From IMG/VR virus record IMGVR_UViG_3300032294_001352, positions 1 to 64,000 of that record: a stretch of DNA of 64,000 nt; one strand, 5' to 3'. Below, piece by piece: positions 28,801-39,495 of this stretch; the stretch's first letter is position 1; the number at the start of each line of letters is the position of its first letter. The notes below the pieces were generated by a model. It was not told where the DNA came from, did not search any database, and was given only the letters and a program-made list of their open reading frames with translations. The DNA is from a virus. The position numbers and the translations under genes were made by a program.

Positions 28801-30816
28801 GCCGCACCATTCACCAATAGCGCACTCATCGCTGCACTAGACTGGTTGTCACGCGCAGCAGGATCGCTCACCAACTTCCTGCTTGTGGTTCGTGATGCAA
28901 TCAACACTGGCGATTTTTCTACGCTCGGAAACATGATTGGTAACTTTGCACGTACTGCCGCAGAAGGCCTCAGTACACTGCTTGGGAACTTGTTGTCACC
29001 AGAGAATGTGACATATGCACTCGTGACTGGCAAAACAGTACTGATTGACTTCATTATCCGCACGCTCTCAGAGATCCTGACTGGTGCCATCAATGCAGTT
29101 AGTCAGAACCTGCCTCAGTGGGTGCAAAATGGTAGCGCATATCTTCGTGAGTTAGTGCCGCTCTTAATCCAGTCACTCAAAGACTCATGGAACACGCTCT
29201 CAAGCACCATTCAACTCTCTGGTGACGGTTTGGCCAACGCACTAGGCAACCTGTGGAACACCATCAAATCCATCTCAGGATTGGAGGGTGACAATGTTGC
29301 ATCTATGATTGGCAATCTTCCGAACCAGATTGCAACATTGTGGACTGAGAATCTTCCTGCCATTCAAGATGGTATGAATGGCATCATGAATGCAGTCATC
29401 AATGGCTACAACACTACGTGGGATTGGATTAAGTCAAACATTGGCAGCCGTGAGCAATTCACCCAGTTGTCTAACGATCTGAGTGTGTCATTCCAAAACT
29501 TCTACCGAGAAACGGTAGACAAAGGCTATGAGATGCTTGGGAACTTCATTGGCGCAATCACCACGTTCCTAACTGGACCACAGTTGGCTGCCGCAATGAA
29601 GAAGGTGCAGGAAAACCTTGGCTGGGGTGCGGAAGAGTTGGGCTTCCGAATTGGCGTAATCATTGGCGACTTGATTGAAACCATCATGGTGAATGGGCGC
29701 ACGGCCGTGTTGAACTTTGTGCAACTCATTCTCAATGAAGGGCCATCACTCATTGCCGCACTCCTTTCCTTTGTAGAATCCATTCTTGCAACACTGAATA
29801 TCACCATCTTGCGTGCCATTCAGGGATTGATTGAGGGTATTCTTGCGTCACTTGGTCTTACTGACTGGATTCCGGCCGTCAGTGCGTTCTTTGATGGCCT
29901 TGTACGCATGATTAGTGAAAACTCACGGATGGTCCAAGACATCTTGAACAACTTTGCCAACTGGTGGCGATCGCTTGAACTTGGCACAATGCTCCGCAAC
30001 TTCATTGAGTTTGCCACGAACTTTGCATCACAAGTTATGCCGCGCATTCTGGCGATTATGGGGCGCATTCCGGAACTGCTGATTAACATGACATCCGTCA
30101 GTATTAAATCAGCCATGACGGATATGATTACCACGCTCCAGAACGCAGTGACGGCCATCACTGATAACATTGGATTAGATTCCGTATCCAACTATGTACG
30201 CAACTCATTCCAAAACATCCGTGATAGCATTAACAATCTTGGTGGTCCGATTGAAGCCCAGATGGATTTTGTGCGGCAGTTTAATGAGTATGTACGTGAC
30301 ATTGGAATGCAAAACCAGCAACTGATGCAGCAGTATGGATTCTCCAATGCGAGCAGCACACGCGCGATGAGCAACACGATTGAGCGTGCAGCAACCACCA
30401 TCTCCAAGGCTACGGCCACCGTCAACAAGGCCGATCTTGGTGAGTTTGCACAGAATCTTTCCAACAGTCAGGGGCAGATGCGTAACGCACTGGTGCAAAT
30501 CTCCAATACACTCAGTGGTGAGGCCGTGTCGCTCTTCACTCCGGTAGGTACACGCATCGCTCAGGGTGTGCTTGACGGATTCCTGCTCTCCATGCCAGCC
30601 GTAGAATCAGCCATGCGCAACGCACTAGACGGTATCTCAAACAATCTCAGTTTGTCTACCGGTGCCGCAGGTCCGTCAAGCCGTGGGATTAGCAGCATTA
30701 GCACCGTGAACAACAAGAATGTCATGCTAAACTTGACAGTAAATCAGACTGCACCACAGTCACTGGTGGAAAACATCCGGTACGCACAAGCACTCGCAAC
30801 GTCACGGATCTATTAG
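25840..30816 (+). CDS. Tape measure protein
   Basis: 1658 aa; A..TPF.F..L...K.MLAFG and ALGQM TMP N-domain; long amphipathic helical repeats. Confidence 0.92.
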   Translation: MAEVSVSVIGKDMLSASFGTMRNTVAGLSSEILSLGNRAVSPVTIALGNLLSDVVKNGVNALNNLKGTIESFNFIKLNMEMEMTRSSFTTLLKSGDEANKMLETLRQYANFTPFEFGQLTAATKKMLAFGFSAKEITTDFMGIGTGLLDVVGNASSALGAGQEGIDRITRALGQMRGLARVSAEDMNQLIDVGVQGYQILAEQLGMTVKEVRDAMQKGALDAETGIKALLQGMMQQYGGGMASFSQTAEGMSSTLNDYLKDIQRTFGEVAYKEYRLLLTEINRLVSSPAFVKFAAMLGVQFGGAIKRLNEQILIPAIGRMTTFVNKLGETDEAMQTFFNNISAKIYPLAAFFRELGNALKTVIDISAQFIRALLATSDAQQAIQWMGRQLAKATEGLFDFANGTRVSGDAMTNFAERVVAALKPGAVAIVRFTPVLKELIMILMSIGKEMFQLNATQSIIRTIIDTYVNLAGTFDSLVPRLRSFREAIPAMTQDLIAALAPARNTLSGFIDVLVSSGRFIKVFISELLGLRQTKEAIGSIPEALNSFADALRSLAARIDTLTARLPGFFDYLENLPNLIRSTIQSMFPLSNLVDQLKSYLAGLVDEAVQFVIKFTIIGRVLNTVNEVFKRVSTSLAPFVQFLMDMVRALLQAMGISTNARSFFDSLAAGVTAVLAAIARALPSYNQMLTVFQAIVNLVKAAFPVVISIIQEVVAVIVSLARQITGQLPAIKPIVMDIIDIIKTLAMTIIGLIPQITGIVSQITTTIKSIISGLEPFVGPIAAVVSKVISYIQDLVSMVLSNAGAIGNVAGTILGTVGRVIDEVFTLLPTIGSNIQSLLGSLMNVVDAVLPFKNLVVPAIEAFIRVMAIMSGGAIVGTLAVFASLGHHLDTIRKAFDMLVSAAAEAISIMSNFSAALAPTVAGLLPSLQNVIQFALEFAKVFGDNLIPVINILAQTLTPVLDAVIRFGRALLPLTKALSEVTVAIIKFAAPFTNSALIAALDWLSRAAGSLTNFLLVVRDAINTGDFSTLGNMIGNFARTAAEGLSTLLGNLLSPENVTYALVTGKTVLIDFIIRTLSEILTGAINAVSQNLPQWVQNGSAYLRELVPLLIQSLKDSWNTLSSTIQLSGDGLANALGNLWNTIKSISGLEGDNVASMIGNLPNQIATLWTENLPAIQDGMNGIMNAVINGYNTTWDWIKSNIGSREQFTQLSNDLSVSFQNFYRETVDKGYEMLGNFIGAITTFLTGPQLAAAMKKVQENLGWGAEELGFRIGVIIGDLIETIMVNGRTAVLNFVQLILNEGPSLIAALLSFVESILATLNITILRAIQGLIEGILASLGLTDWIPAVSAFFDGLVRMISENSRMVQDILNNFANWWRSLELGTMLRNFIEFATNFASQVMPRILAIMGRIPELLINMTSVSIKSAMTDMITTLQNAVTAITDNIGLDSVSNYVRNSFQNIRDSINNLGGPIEAQMDFVRQFNEYVRDIGMQNQQLMQQYGFSNASSTRAMSNTIERAATTISKATATVNKADLGEFAQNLSNSQGQMRNALVQISNTLSGEAVSLFTPVGTRIAQGVLDGFLLSMPAVESAMRNALDGISNNLSLSTGAAGPSSRGISSISTVNNKNVMLNLTVNQTAPQSLVENIRYAQALATSRIY

Positions 30817-30829
30817 GAGGCAATCACGT

Positions 30830-33800
30830 ATGCCGCAGTATACCAAGTGGGAAATGCTCGTACCACAGTCACCCAACGTGGTGCATAATCTTATCCGCAA
30901 TCCCTCATTTGAGTACAACGACCAGTATTTTGCTGGCACGCATCAGTATTGGTGGTACTACGATAGCACTGGCACGAAAGTAAGTTCCACTGCCGCATAT
31001 CCCACGCAGGTAGGCACGTGGTCCAGTTACGGAAAGAACAGTCTTGCGCTCGCACTTGATGGCACCACGTTTCGTCACGCTGAGTATTGGCCACGCGTTG
31101 CGACCATGGAATCGCTCAACAACACGCTCGGTGTCACACTCGCAGCCATAGACGCACCGACTGGTGGGAATTACACGGCCACGAACTATCCAACTGGTAC
31201 ACACTATGCATGTGCATTTCTTCTCACTCCATATGGAAACAGTCTTGCATCTACTAGTGATGTAGTGCCGCAGGAAACCGGTACAGCGCCACAGATAGAA
31301 GTGATTCAACCTGAGGGCTACAACGTCATGGATTTGATGCGTGGCCACAGTAAGCCGTTCTTTAGCAGCGGATTATCCTACACGGCTGGTACTGGTCGCA
31401 TTCAAGCAACCATCTCATTCCCTACTGGATTGGCTACGGAGTATCCGAGCGGCAGTTATGGTGTGGTGCTCTTTTGGTCACGGCCAAATGATACGCATCC
31501 GGTGACTGGAGCGCGTGCGTGGCGTTGTGTCATGGTTCGACCAGCATGGGCAATACCAACCAACATCACGTTTGTGTTGCCAGAAGTGGGCACCATCAAC
31601 AACTGGGAGCGCGGATCAACCGTGTTCTACACCAACACAAGCCCAACGTTCAACACGTTTAGCATCATGCAGGAAAACGGAGCAAGTGTAGATGCCGCAT
31701 ATATCGGTATTGACAGCAGTCAGCCATCTTTAGCACTCACGCCAACTGGCACTCCGTGGAATCTTGGTACGACGTACAACCATCATCTCTATCTGGATTG
31801 GTACGTAGACACCAACTATGATGCAGCCACGTCACCATTCATTGCGTGTGCGTGTGACTATGCAGTAACACTCATAGACAATCTCACCGGTACGGTATAT
31901 ACACCAGTCAATCCTGATACTGGAAACAATCGACTTGCGGCAGTGCCATCTAATCGCAGTCAAGATGCACGCACTGGCCGTACCAAGTTCTTGATTGCAC
32001 CACCCAACAACTCCGTCAACGCAAATGCTGGATTGGATCTTCGGCTACGTATCAGTATCGTGTCACCAACTGGCACGTACACCAATAATGCGGCAGTGCT
32101 CTACATTGACGGATTACAGTTGATTGACATCCGGTACAAAGGCCAAGATGAACTAGACTGGGATGATGTGGAGTTCACCTATCTGGATGGTGATGTGGCC
32201 GGAGCGGAGTGGGAAGACTTTGCACCGTCGTATACGAGTATTACTGGCACACCGACCAATGGGATTTATCCAGCATCCATTTGGCTTGGTACGACCAACG
32301 CAGGTTGGGGCACGTCATTCTCTATGCCATTCCGGAATCGGTTGCTCAATGCTGATACCGTTGATGTACAGACGTATGGCGGCACGACGTATCGTGGCTA
32401 TGCGCAGTCTGCAATGAAAACATTCAGCAGTGAAGTAGGCACGTACTATCCGATTGACGCAGATCATCTTGGTGCATCCGTCAACGTCACTACGACTGGT
32501 GTTGGTATGCCTGAGATTACTACCGTCACGCAGCAGTATGGTGTGGTGGATGGTGGGCTAGTACAGCGGCAAGTAGCGAGTATGCGTACCATGCAACTGG
32601 CCATTGACATCGTGGGCAGCAGCATGGCCAACCTACACGATCGCCGACGCAAACTCATTAACGCACTGAAGTTTGACCAGTTGGCGCAGCAGGGTGATAG
32701 AATCATCCGCTACTCAGGAAGTGGCATTCCGGTGATCTACCGTGTCACGTACACGGCCGGATTGGAGTTCACTGGGAATGTTGGCGTATCGTTCACGGAA
32801 GCGGCATCTATTCAGTTTGTGTGTGCTGATCCATACGTCTACGCAGAGCGCCCAGTTGGCACACGTCTGACACTCAACAGTCAACTGCAAGATCTTCGCA
32901 CGTTCATGGCCTACAAGCAGGGTGATAACCAGCCGTGGGTGTACACTGGCATGAAAGAGTATTCTGACTACTTTCAGGGGAATGGATCAATCTCCAACTC
33001 CACTAACTCACTGACCGCTCAGTCATCCAACGGTACACTCACTTGCTCTATCACGGCTAACACCACGCTCACGATAAGCGGCAATACGGTGACGGCTGGT
33101 GCTGCGTTCTTCTTTGGTACTACGGATGACTTTGGTCGTACGATTTATGCCAAAAGTGGAGGCAATATCTTTGTAGTTGGTGTTATCTCATCATCCACGT
33201 CTACTACGATAGCGACCACACAAGCCACGCCAGTCGGTGGTGACGCTACGTACACAGCCGGTAACTGGTGGGTGAGTAATCGCTTTGCCATCAATAGCAC
33301 TGGTACACTTAATGCCAATCGTATTGGAAACTATCTCGTAATTGGTGCTGCATCAAACGTCACCTACACCGTGCTTGGGAAGATTATAGCCACTACAGCA
33401 AACAAGATTACACTTGATACATACTACTTTGGCGTATCAACATCCGCAACAATCCCCAATACAGCCGTTGCCGCAGGGTCATGGTATACCGTTGGCTATC
33501 AGGGAAGTGGTACCGTAGGAACAATCACTGGCACGAACACTGCGTTAGTCACACAACAGGCTGGTATGATTGTGTACCGATCCAGTGGAGCATATGTGAA
33601 TCCGCTCGGCAAACTGACGGCCGTGAGTACCACTACTTCTGGATCGCTAGACATTGACATTCTCTGTCCAGGCACGATTAGTATTCCAGCGAGTACTGGC
33701 GGCAGTGCAACGGTTACTGGGAGCAGCACACGATTCACGTCTGCTGACGTAGGAAGACTCATCATCACCAAAGATGGCCAACCAATCGGAATCATTGCAA

Positions 33801-36160
33801 GTGTCGCCAGTGCAACAAGTGTCACGCTTGTCACGACAGTGGTAGGTGGCTATCCATTGGAAGTGCCAGCAGGTACGCAGTTCCGGCTAGTGTTGAGTGC
33901 CGCAATATCGTCCACGTCATGGTGGCTTGAATCTGCTCCGCTCAACTGGTCCGGTGGCTACTTCAAGTACCACATGGGATTCATTCAGAGTCCGGTAAGC
34001 AACAGTGTGTCTATCATCGTGGGTGGTTTTGACAATGGTCGACCAGCACCTGGCTATGGAATGAGTCAGTATTTGGCGATCATTGACATGGATGCAAAAC
34101 AGAATATAAGTGGCGGCAATACCACTACTGGCACACCTACAAGCACGCGCAATATCACGGCCAATGCAACAGATGGGCTAATCACCTGCAGCACAGCGAG
34201 TGCAGTGGTGACAACCAATCAAGCGTACACGTTCTGGCCAAGTGATGTAGGGCTTGATTTGCATGATGTATCAACCATATCAGCATCTTCCTACATTGGC
34301 AGGATCAAGTCATGGGATTCTCCAACGCAAGTCACGCTTTGGGCAAATGCGGCATTGAACGTCAGTAACAAAGTGGCGTTTAAGCGATTCAACAACAACG
34401 TCATCAATCCAGACTTTGCCTCAGTGCGCCCACTCTTCAACATGGTGCAGACACGGAATGTTAATCCATATCAGACCATCATTCCTACTGGGCCAATTAC
34501 GTGTATCTATCAAGAAAATCCTACGACGGTATTGATAGCAGGATCGTTCCGAGGCTACAACACAAGTGGTGGTGGTACGACGGATATCCGGATTATCCGT
34601 GTACGTGGATGGATGAGGCGGCAAGGAACAACAGATACGGCTGGTGCTCCGGCTGCATCAGACCAAAACGTGGTGGATGTGGAAGTGGTGGCCAGAGATG
34701 CAACTGCTGGATGGGGCACACCAACCATTCACTGTATGACTACCGATCCGTTTGGGAACATCTACGTAGGTGGCCAAAACATGACCACGAGTCACGTCTG
34801 GTACATTGGCCGTGCTAATGATGGTTCATATGCGCTCACCTACGCTCCACTCGGTACGTATCAATCATCATCAGTTATTTCACTCATCACGGATACCAAG
34901 TTTCCGGTAGTGAATCTGTATGCGGCAACGACAGCACCAAACTTCTTGAAAGTGTATCCGTTCTTTAATGCACGCAGCAGTGCTGGTACGTGGTACGATC
35001 CGTCATCACTTAGCGTCAATGGTAGTTTGTACATACAAACACCAAATAATCCTATCTATCAGTTCTTACGCACGCAGGCCGGAGATATTCTTGCGTGTGG
35101 CGCGTTCAACGTCTGGGGCGCCACATTTGTCAACGGTATCGTGCGTTTTGTGCCAAAAGTTGGGAACTCAGCCACTGATAATCCGGTTGTAGTGACTGCG
35201 GCAGTACCGGTGGCTGGATCATTTGCACAGCCTGGTATTGCTGACATTGCGACATTTGGATCGTATGTAGGTACGATGTCTGACGTATCATACAACACTA
35301 TGGCGAGTGCCTACGCAGGTACTGGTGAGCGGTTGGCCTTTGGTGGAAGTTTTGTGACGTTTGCTGATGGTCGCGTGTCACTTTCCATGGGATACCTAGA
35401 GGGCAGCGGTGCCGCATCTTCCGTCAGACGTATGATTACCAGTGATTTAGGGCTAGAACCACCGGCTGCCTCTGAAAACTATCCAGTCATTCAGAAGATT
35501 GCCAGTACGTCACGGAGTCGATTGTACTATGCCAACAATCAGGTGTCTAAGACGGATAATCTCATTGGACCAACCTATGCCGCACTTATGACACAAGCCG
35601 ACGGTTCATCATTTAGCAGCGGTTCAGCCGTGTTTCGTACCGGCTATGGTCCAAACGCAAGTACCAACACGGTGGCCATTCCTCAGATGGTCAATGTGAC
35701 GGTGAATGTGCGTGGCAACGCAAACGTCTATCCGATCTTTACGTTTACGCTCACGGCCAACACGTCAATCTTTGAGATTATCCAGACGGAAACTGGTGCA
35801 CACATCCGCTTTGACGACTTGTATGGATTGCGCGGCATTCCGGTGTTTACAGGAAATCCGGAAGTAGTCACGCTTGATACGCGTCCAGGCTTCCGATCGG
35901 TGACAAGCAACCTGCGTGGTAGCCTTATGCAGTTCGTATCACCAGAGTCAAACTTTGGTGACTTTTATCTTCTTGCTCCGTTCACGTCACAAGTGAATCT
36001 AGACACGTACCGGCCAAACACGCTCATAGTCCGGTATAGCATTACCAACAGTGCATCAGTACAACAGCAGCCACTCATTGATATCACATATACGCCACGC
36101 TTCTGGTCATTTGATGCGTCTAAGTTGTTCACAGATGAACCGAACACACCACTCATGTAA
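30830..36160 (+). CDS. Large distal-tail (Dit-like) protein with carbohydrate-binding and beta-rich insertions
   Basis: After TMP; NLIRNPSFE start; G.GMP...Y..GLE...F...DPY.Y core; C-terminal G....YP.F...E.VTLDTRPG. Confidence 0.65.
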   Translation: MPQYTKWEMLVPQSPNVVHNLIRNPSFEYNDQYFAGTHQYWWYYDSTGTKVSSTAAYPTQVGTWSSYGKNSLALALDGTTFRHAEYWPRVATMESLNNTLGVTLAAIDAPTGGNYTATNYPTGTHYACAFLLTPYGNSLASTSDVVPQETGTAPQIEVIQPEGYNVMDLMRGHSKPFFSSGLSYTAGTGRIQATISFPTGLATEYPSGSYGVVLFWSRPNDTHPVTGARAWRCVMVRPAWAIPTNITFVLPEVGTINNWERGSTVFYTNTSPTFNTFSIMQENGASVDAAYIGIDSSQPSLALTPTGTPWNLGTTYNHHLYLDWYVDTNYDAATSPFIACACDYAVTLIDNLTGTVYTPVNPDTGNNRLAAVPSNRSQDARTGRTKFLIAPPNNSVNANAGLDLRLRISIVSPTGTYTNNAAVLYIDGLQLIDIRYKGQDELDWDDVEFTYLDGDVAGAEWEDFAPSYTSITGTPTNGIYPASIWLGTTNAGWGTSFSMPFRNRLLNADTVDVQTYGGTTYRGYAQSAMKTFSSEVGTYYPIDADHLGASVNVTTTGVGMPEITTVTQQYGVVDGGLVQRQVASMRTMQLAIDIVGSSMANLHDRRRKLINALKFDQLAQQGDRIIRYSGSGIPVIYRVTYTAGLEFTGNVGVSFTEAASIQFVCADPYVYAERPVGTRLTLNSQLQDLRTFMAYKQGDNQPWVYTGMKEYSDYFQGNGSISNSTNSLTAQSSNGTLTCSITANTTLTISGNTVTAGAAFFFGTTDDFGRTIYAKSGGNIFVVGVISSSTSTTIATTQATPVGGDATYTAGNWWVSNRFAINSTGTLNANRIGNYLVIGAASNVTYTVLGKIIATTANKITLDTYYFGVSTSATIPNTAVAAGSWYTVGYQGSGTVGTITGTNTALVTQQAGMIVYRSSGAYVNPLGKLTAVSTTTSGSLDIDILCPGTISIPASTGGSATVTGSSTRFTSADVGRLIITKDGQPIGIIASVASATSVTLVTTVVGGYPLEVPAGTQFRLVLSAAISSTSWWLESAPLNWSGGYFKYHMGFIQSPVSNSVSIIVGGFDNGRPAPGYGMSQYLAIIDMDAKQNISGGNTTTGTPTSTRNITANATDGLITCSTASAVVTTNQAYTFWPSDVGLDLHDVSTISASSYIGRIKSWDSPTQVTLWANAALNVSNKVAFKRFNNNVINPDFASVRPLFNMVQTRNVNPYQTIIPTGPITCIYQENPTTVLIAGSFRGYNTSGGGTTDIRIIRVRGWMRRQGTTDTAGAPAASDQNVVDVEVVARDATAGWGTPTIHCMTTDPFGNIYVGGQNMTTSHVWYIGRANDGSYALTYAPLGTYQSSSVISLITDTKFPVVNLYAATTAPNFLKVYPFFNARSSAGTWYDPSSLSVNGSLYIQTPNNPIYQFLRTQAGDILACGAFNVWGATFVNGIVRFVPKVGNSATDNPVVVTAAVPVAGSFAQPGIADIATFGSYVGTMSDVSYNTMASAYAGTGERLAFGGSFVTFADGRVSLSMGYLEGSGAASSVRRMITSDLGLEPPAASENYPVIQKIASTSRSRLYYANNQVSKTDNLIGPTYAALMTQADGSSFSSGSAVFRTGYGPNASTNTVAIPQMVNVTVNVRGNANVYPIFTFTLTANTSIFEIIQTETGAHIRFDDLYGLRGIPVFTGNPEVVTLDTRPGFRSVTSNLRGSLMQFVSPESNFGDFYLLAPFTSQVNLDTYRPNTLIVRYSITNSASVQQQPLIDITYTPRFWSFDASKLFTDEPNTPLM

Positions 36161-36174
36161 GGAGAGGGCGGCAG

Positions 36175-37359
36175 ATGCAATATACCAACGCACGCTACGC
36201 TGTGTATCTGAATGACTCATTTGGGAATCGGATAGCAGAATTGAACACAGCAGATACCAACCAGTTCATCCGCTTTCGTGCAGTTCGCTCTGTCAACAAC
36301 GTGGGCGCACTCACCATCACGTTTACTGGCGGCAGTCAGGAACCTGCATTCCTGCCTCTACTTGAACGCTTTGGCCTACTCCGCAAAGACTGCATCATTG
36401 AAGTCTGGCGCACCACATCCTTTGTATCAAGTCTGCTGCTTGATACCGTCTGGTTTGTCCGCTCCGTGCAACGCACACTTGCCGCAAACGGTACAATCAC
36501 CGTGGAAATCACGGCCTTTGATCCACTCTACCTGTTGGCTGGTCGATTGTGCTTGAATCTCGGCAGCCGAACACAGACGCAGTTGATTGTGACTGGTAAT
36601 GTGTCAAAAATCATCACGGAGTTGGTCTACTTCAATATCCGTTCCACAAACCTGCTTGGATCAGCACGACGCATTCCAAATCTTACTGCACCCATTAACT
36701 CATTGAATGATATAACACAGGTATCCGTTGACGTGTCAAAGGCAAATCTTCTTGCCGCAATTCAAAACCTGAGTGAGATTAGCATCGCTAACGGTGAACC
36801 AATCTACTTTGACATTGAGTGCAACGCAGCCAACAGTATGCTCTTTAACGTGTATGCTGACCAGCGTGGAGTGGATCGTCGCTCCTTTGAGTCTGGTGGT
36901 GATGGTCGCAGTGCCATTATTAACACGTCAAGCGGCATTATTCGTGAGATGACCATGAATGCTGACTGGACCGATGAAGTGACGGCCGTCTATCCGTGGG
37001 GCAATAACGGTACCACGGCCATTGGCTTCCTCACCGATCCTATCAACCAAGTGGCAGCCTACACCACTCCATACAGTTGGCGTGAGGCCATCAGTGAATC
37101 CGGTAACGCCAACAGTGAAGATGCCGCATTCATGGCCTATAGCATGTTGCAGAATCGACGTGGATCATGGAACGTATCAGCCACACTCCAAGACACCAGT
37201 GACTTCCTATATGGCCGTGACTGGGGATTTGGCGATCGTATCTACATCAATGCGTTTGGTGCTATCATGGATACACGTATCAATTCCATTGAGTTTGTGG
37301 TAGAAGATAAGCAGGAAGTTATCCGGATGGCACTCTCGGTCACAGAGGATTATGTATGA
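36175..37359 (+). CDS. Tail tip / baseplate hub protein (siphovirus Gp37-like)
   Basis: RSVNNVGALTI...YGRDWGFGDRI; position after Dit. Confidence 0.7.
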   Translation: MQYTNARYAVYLNDSFGNRIAELNTADTNQFIRFRAVRSVNNVGALTITFTGGSQEPAFLPLLERFGLLRKDCIIEVWRTTSFVSSLLLDTVWFVRSVQRTLAANGTITVEITAFDPLYLLAGRLCLNLGSRTQTQLIVTGNVSKIITELVYFNIRSTNLLGSARRIPNLTAPINSLNDITQVSVDVSKANLLAAIQNLSEISIANGEPIYFDIECNAANSMLFNVYADQRGVDRRSFESGGDGRSAIINTSSGIIREMTMNADWTDEVTAVYPWGNNGTTAIGFLTDPINQVAAYTTPYSWREAISESGNANSEDAAFMAYSMLQNRRGSWNVSATLQDTSDFLYGRDWGFGDRIYINAFGAIMDTRINSIEFVVEDKQEVIRMALSVTEDYV

Positions 37360-38435
37360 CCAACAATCGCCAGAATCAATCACTCAATCTGCATTCATCA
37401 ACCATCACTACAACGAGTGCGTTGCAGCGTCGCTCATCTGTGTTTCCGATTATTGAGTTCATTGGAAAAAACCAAACACTGTCTGCTGGTGCTAGTACCG
37501 TTATTTTGTGGAATCAGATATTGCGGCAAACTGATCAGCCAATCACATCATGGATACCAGGCAACCAAAACAATACCACATCAAACTTTGTGTGGCCAGT
37601 GTTTGTGAATCCAAGTCTTGGCTTGGTGGATTATCGTATCAAGTTCAATGTGAGCGGATATTACCATATCAGTCTTTCAACGGTACTGGTAAGTGCGTCT
37701 ATTGCAACGCTGACGTTGGTATTGATTGATGGAAGTTATACGTCTGCACCGATTATGCAAACATCTACTCAGACATTCCCATCACAAACGCAGCAAGTCT
37801 TCACTATCATGTTGTACATTGAGGCCGGATGGTCACTTGAATGCTATATCACGTCTACACTGGCCAACACACTCGTTACCAGTGGACTCTATCAAACCGT
37901 TGGTCCATCTCCGCGCCTCACGATTGCTCAGATTGCCCAATTTGAAGACGTGAACGTGGGGAAAATGTCACGCGCAACGAGCAATACCACGATTGCAACA
38001 ACCACAGCCACGCCAACGGTGGTGACATCACTCAGTGTGCCACCTGCGGCACCGGAAGATCCGATTTTAGGATATGTGTACAATGCTGGTGGTGGGAATC
38101 AACTGAATATTTTTGATGGAAGAACCAATAATCGCTTAATCATCTCACAGTCAGGTATCTATCTGATTCACGGACAAATTACGCTCCGAAATGAGAATAC
38201 ATCAGTTGGTACACGGCTTATTGTGTTAGCAGCAAATAACGCTACCGTACTTGCGAGTCAGTCACTTGCCGCAAATGCAAACGCTGGTCGATGGCTAAAC
38301 ATATCAGTCATTTTTCCGTTGAATGCTGGTGATTATCTCCAAGTCTATGGTCTACAAAACAGTGGTGGAAATATTGATATGGTTACATTTGGCATAAGTC
38401 ATAGCATATCTGCCACGCTACTCACTGCAACGTAG
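37356..38435 (+). CDS. Tail fibre / receptor-binding protein with two C1q/TNF-like domains
   Basis: SG.Y.I and LNAGDYLQVYGLQNSG motifs. Confidence 0.6.
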   Translation: MTNNRQNQSLNLHSSTITTTSALQRRSSVFPIIEFIGKNQTLSAGASTVILWNQILRQTDQPITSWIPGNQNNTTSNFVWPVFVNPSLGLVDYRIKFNVSGYYHISLSTVLVSASIATLTLVLIDGSYTSAPIMQTSTQTFPSQTQQVFTIMLYIEAGWSLECYITSTLANTLVTSGLYQTVGPSPRLTIAQIAQFEDVNVGKMSRATSNTTIATTTATPTVVTSLSVPPAAPEDPILGYVYNAGGGNQLNIFDGRTNNRLIISQSGIYLIHGQITLRNENTSVGTRLIVLAANNATVLASQSLAANANAGRWLNISVIFPLNAGDYLQVYGLQNSGGNIDMVTFGISHSISATLLTAT

Positions 38436-38444
38436 GAGTCTGGT

Positions 38445-38918
38445 ATGGCATATTTATTCTTACAAGGCACTGCGGTATTAGGAAATCAAGTCATTCCGGC
38501 CAATACGTACACCATAGCACAGTATACTGCACAATTCTTTATTGATGATACGTATCTAGATGCTGGATTGACACCGTATTCCACTGTGACTGTGCTAAAA
38601 CAATCTGCGTATTTTATGACGGCCGGATTAGCGTGGAATGCGGCAGCAGACGTTGGAGTGAGTAACATTTACATTCAAGTCAAGCGTGCAAGAACAGTCA
38701 ACTGGATTCCGATTGCTGGTAATACAACCACCAGAGCGTCTACTGAGGGAACAGGCGTGTACAAGACTGCTAACGTTTCTTGTGCCGCACGTCTGTTTGA
38801 GAACGATCAAGTGCGCGTAGTGTACTTTTGTACCACAACCACTACTATTCCCTATGCAGAAGGGCTGTCAACGGCCCGTCATCGGCCATATTTCTCTTTT
38901 CATACCAATATTCCGTGA
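38445..38918 (+). CDS. C1q/TNF-like tail accessory protein
   Basis: SAYFMTAGL.W...LFENDQVRV. Confidence 0.5.
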   Translation: MAYLFLQGTAVLGNQVIPANTYTIAQYTAQFFIDDTYLDAGLTPYSTVTVLKQSAYFMTAGLAWNAAADVGVSNIYIQVKRARTVNWIPIAGNTTTRASTEGTGVYKTANVSCAARLFENDQVRVVYFCTTTTTIPYAEGLSTARHRPYFSFHTNIP

Positions 38919-38924
38919 GGCATT

Positions 38925-39449
38925 ATGATTACAACTGTGAGTAGAACCGGTAGTGGTCAAGTGTTTCCATCACAACCTGGTGGCACTGGTGCGTTTGTGC
39001 AGTTCAACACGATTGTGAGCAACGATCTTGGTACTGAATCATTTGTGCAGAGAGAGTTTGATCCATTTTTGAATCTCACGATTTCATTCCCATACACATT
39101 TCCTGATGATGGGATTCGGATTACGTTTTCCGGATTGTACTACATCACGGCCGGAATCTCTTTTGCTGCACAAACGCAATTAGGAATCAATCGCCTTTTG
39201 TACATTTGGCGCTCAGACATCACGCAAAATCGGTCAGCAGCCTACTATGCCGCATCCTCCCACACCACAATCAATAACACGTCAGTGCATCTGATGAATG
39301 TCAGTACGTCTATGCAGTTATTTGAGGGTGATGTTTTGCGCGTGTTTGTTTCTCAAGCGTCATCTGTGACCACTACCACTACATCAGCCACATCTGCCAC
39401 CACAGGATGTTTTGACGCATTTCTTACTGCTGCACTAATTATCCAGTAG
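38925..39449 (+). CDS. C1q/TNF-like tail accessory protein
   Basis: SGLYYITAGISF...LFEGDVLRVFVSQ. Confidence 0.55.
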   Translation: MITTVSRTGSGQVFPSQPGGTGAFVQFNTIVSNDLGTESFVQREFDPFLNLTISFPYTFPDDGIRITFSGLYYITAGISFAAQTQLGINRLLYIWRSDITQNRSAAYYAASSHTTINNTSVHLMNVSTSMQLFEGDVLRVFVSQASSVTTTTTSATSATTGCFDAFLTAALIIQ

Positions 39450-39484
39450 GTATCTCACACGTCATTGTGCAAGACACCTACTGG
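39443..39484. terminator. Hairpin between convergent genes
   Basis: CCAGTAGG...CCTACTGG inverted repeat. Confidence 0.5.
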
Positions 39485-39495
39485 ATTGAGCGATC

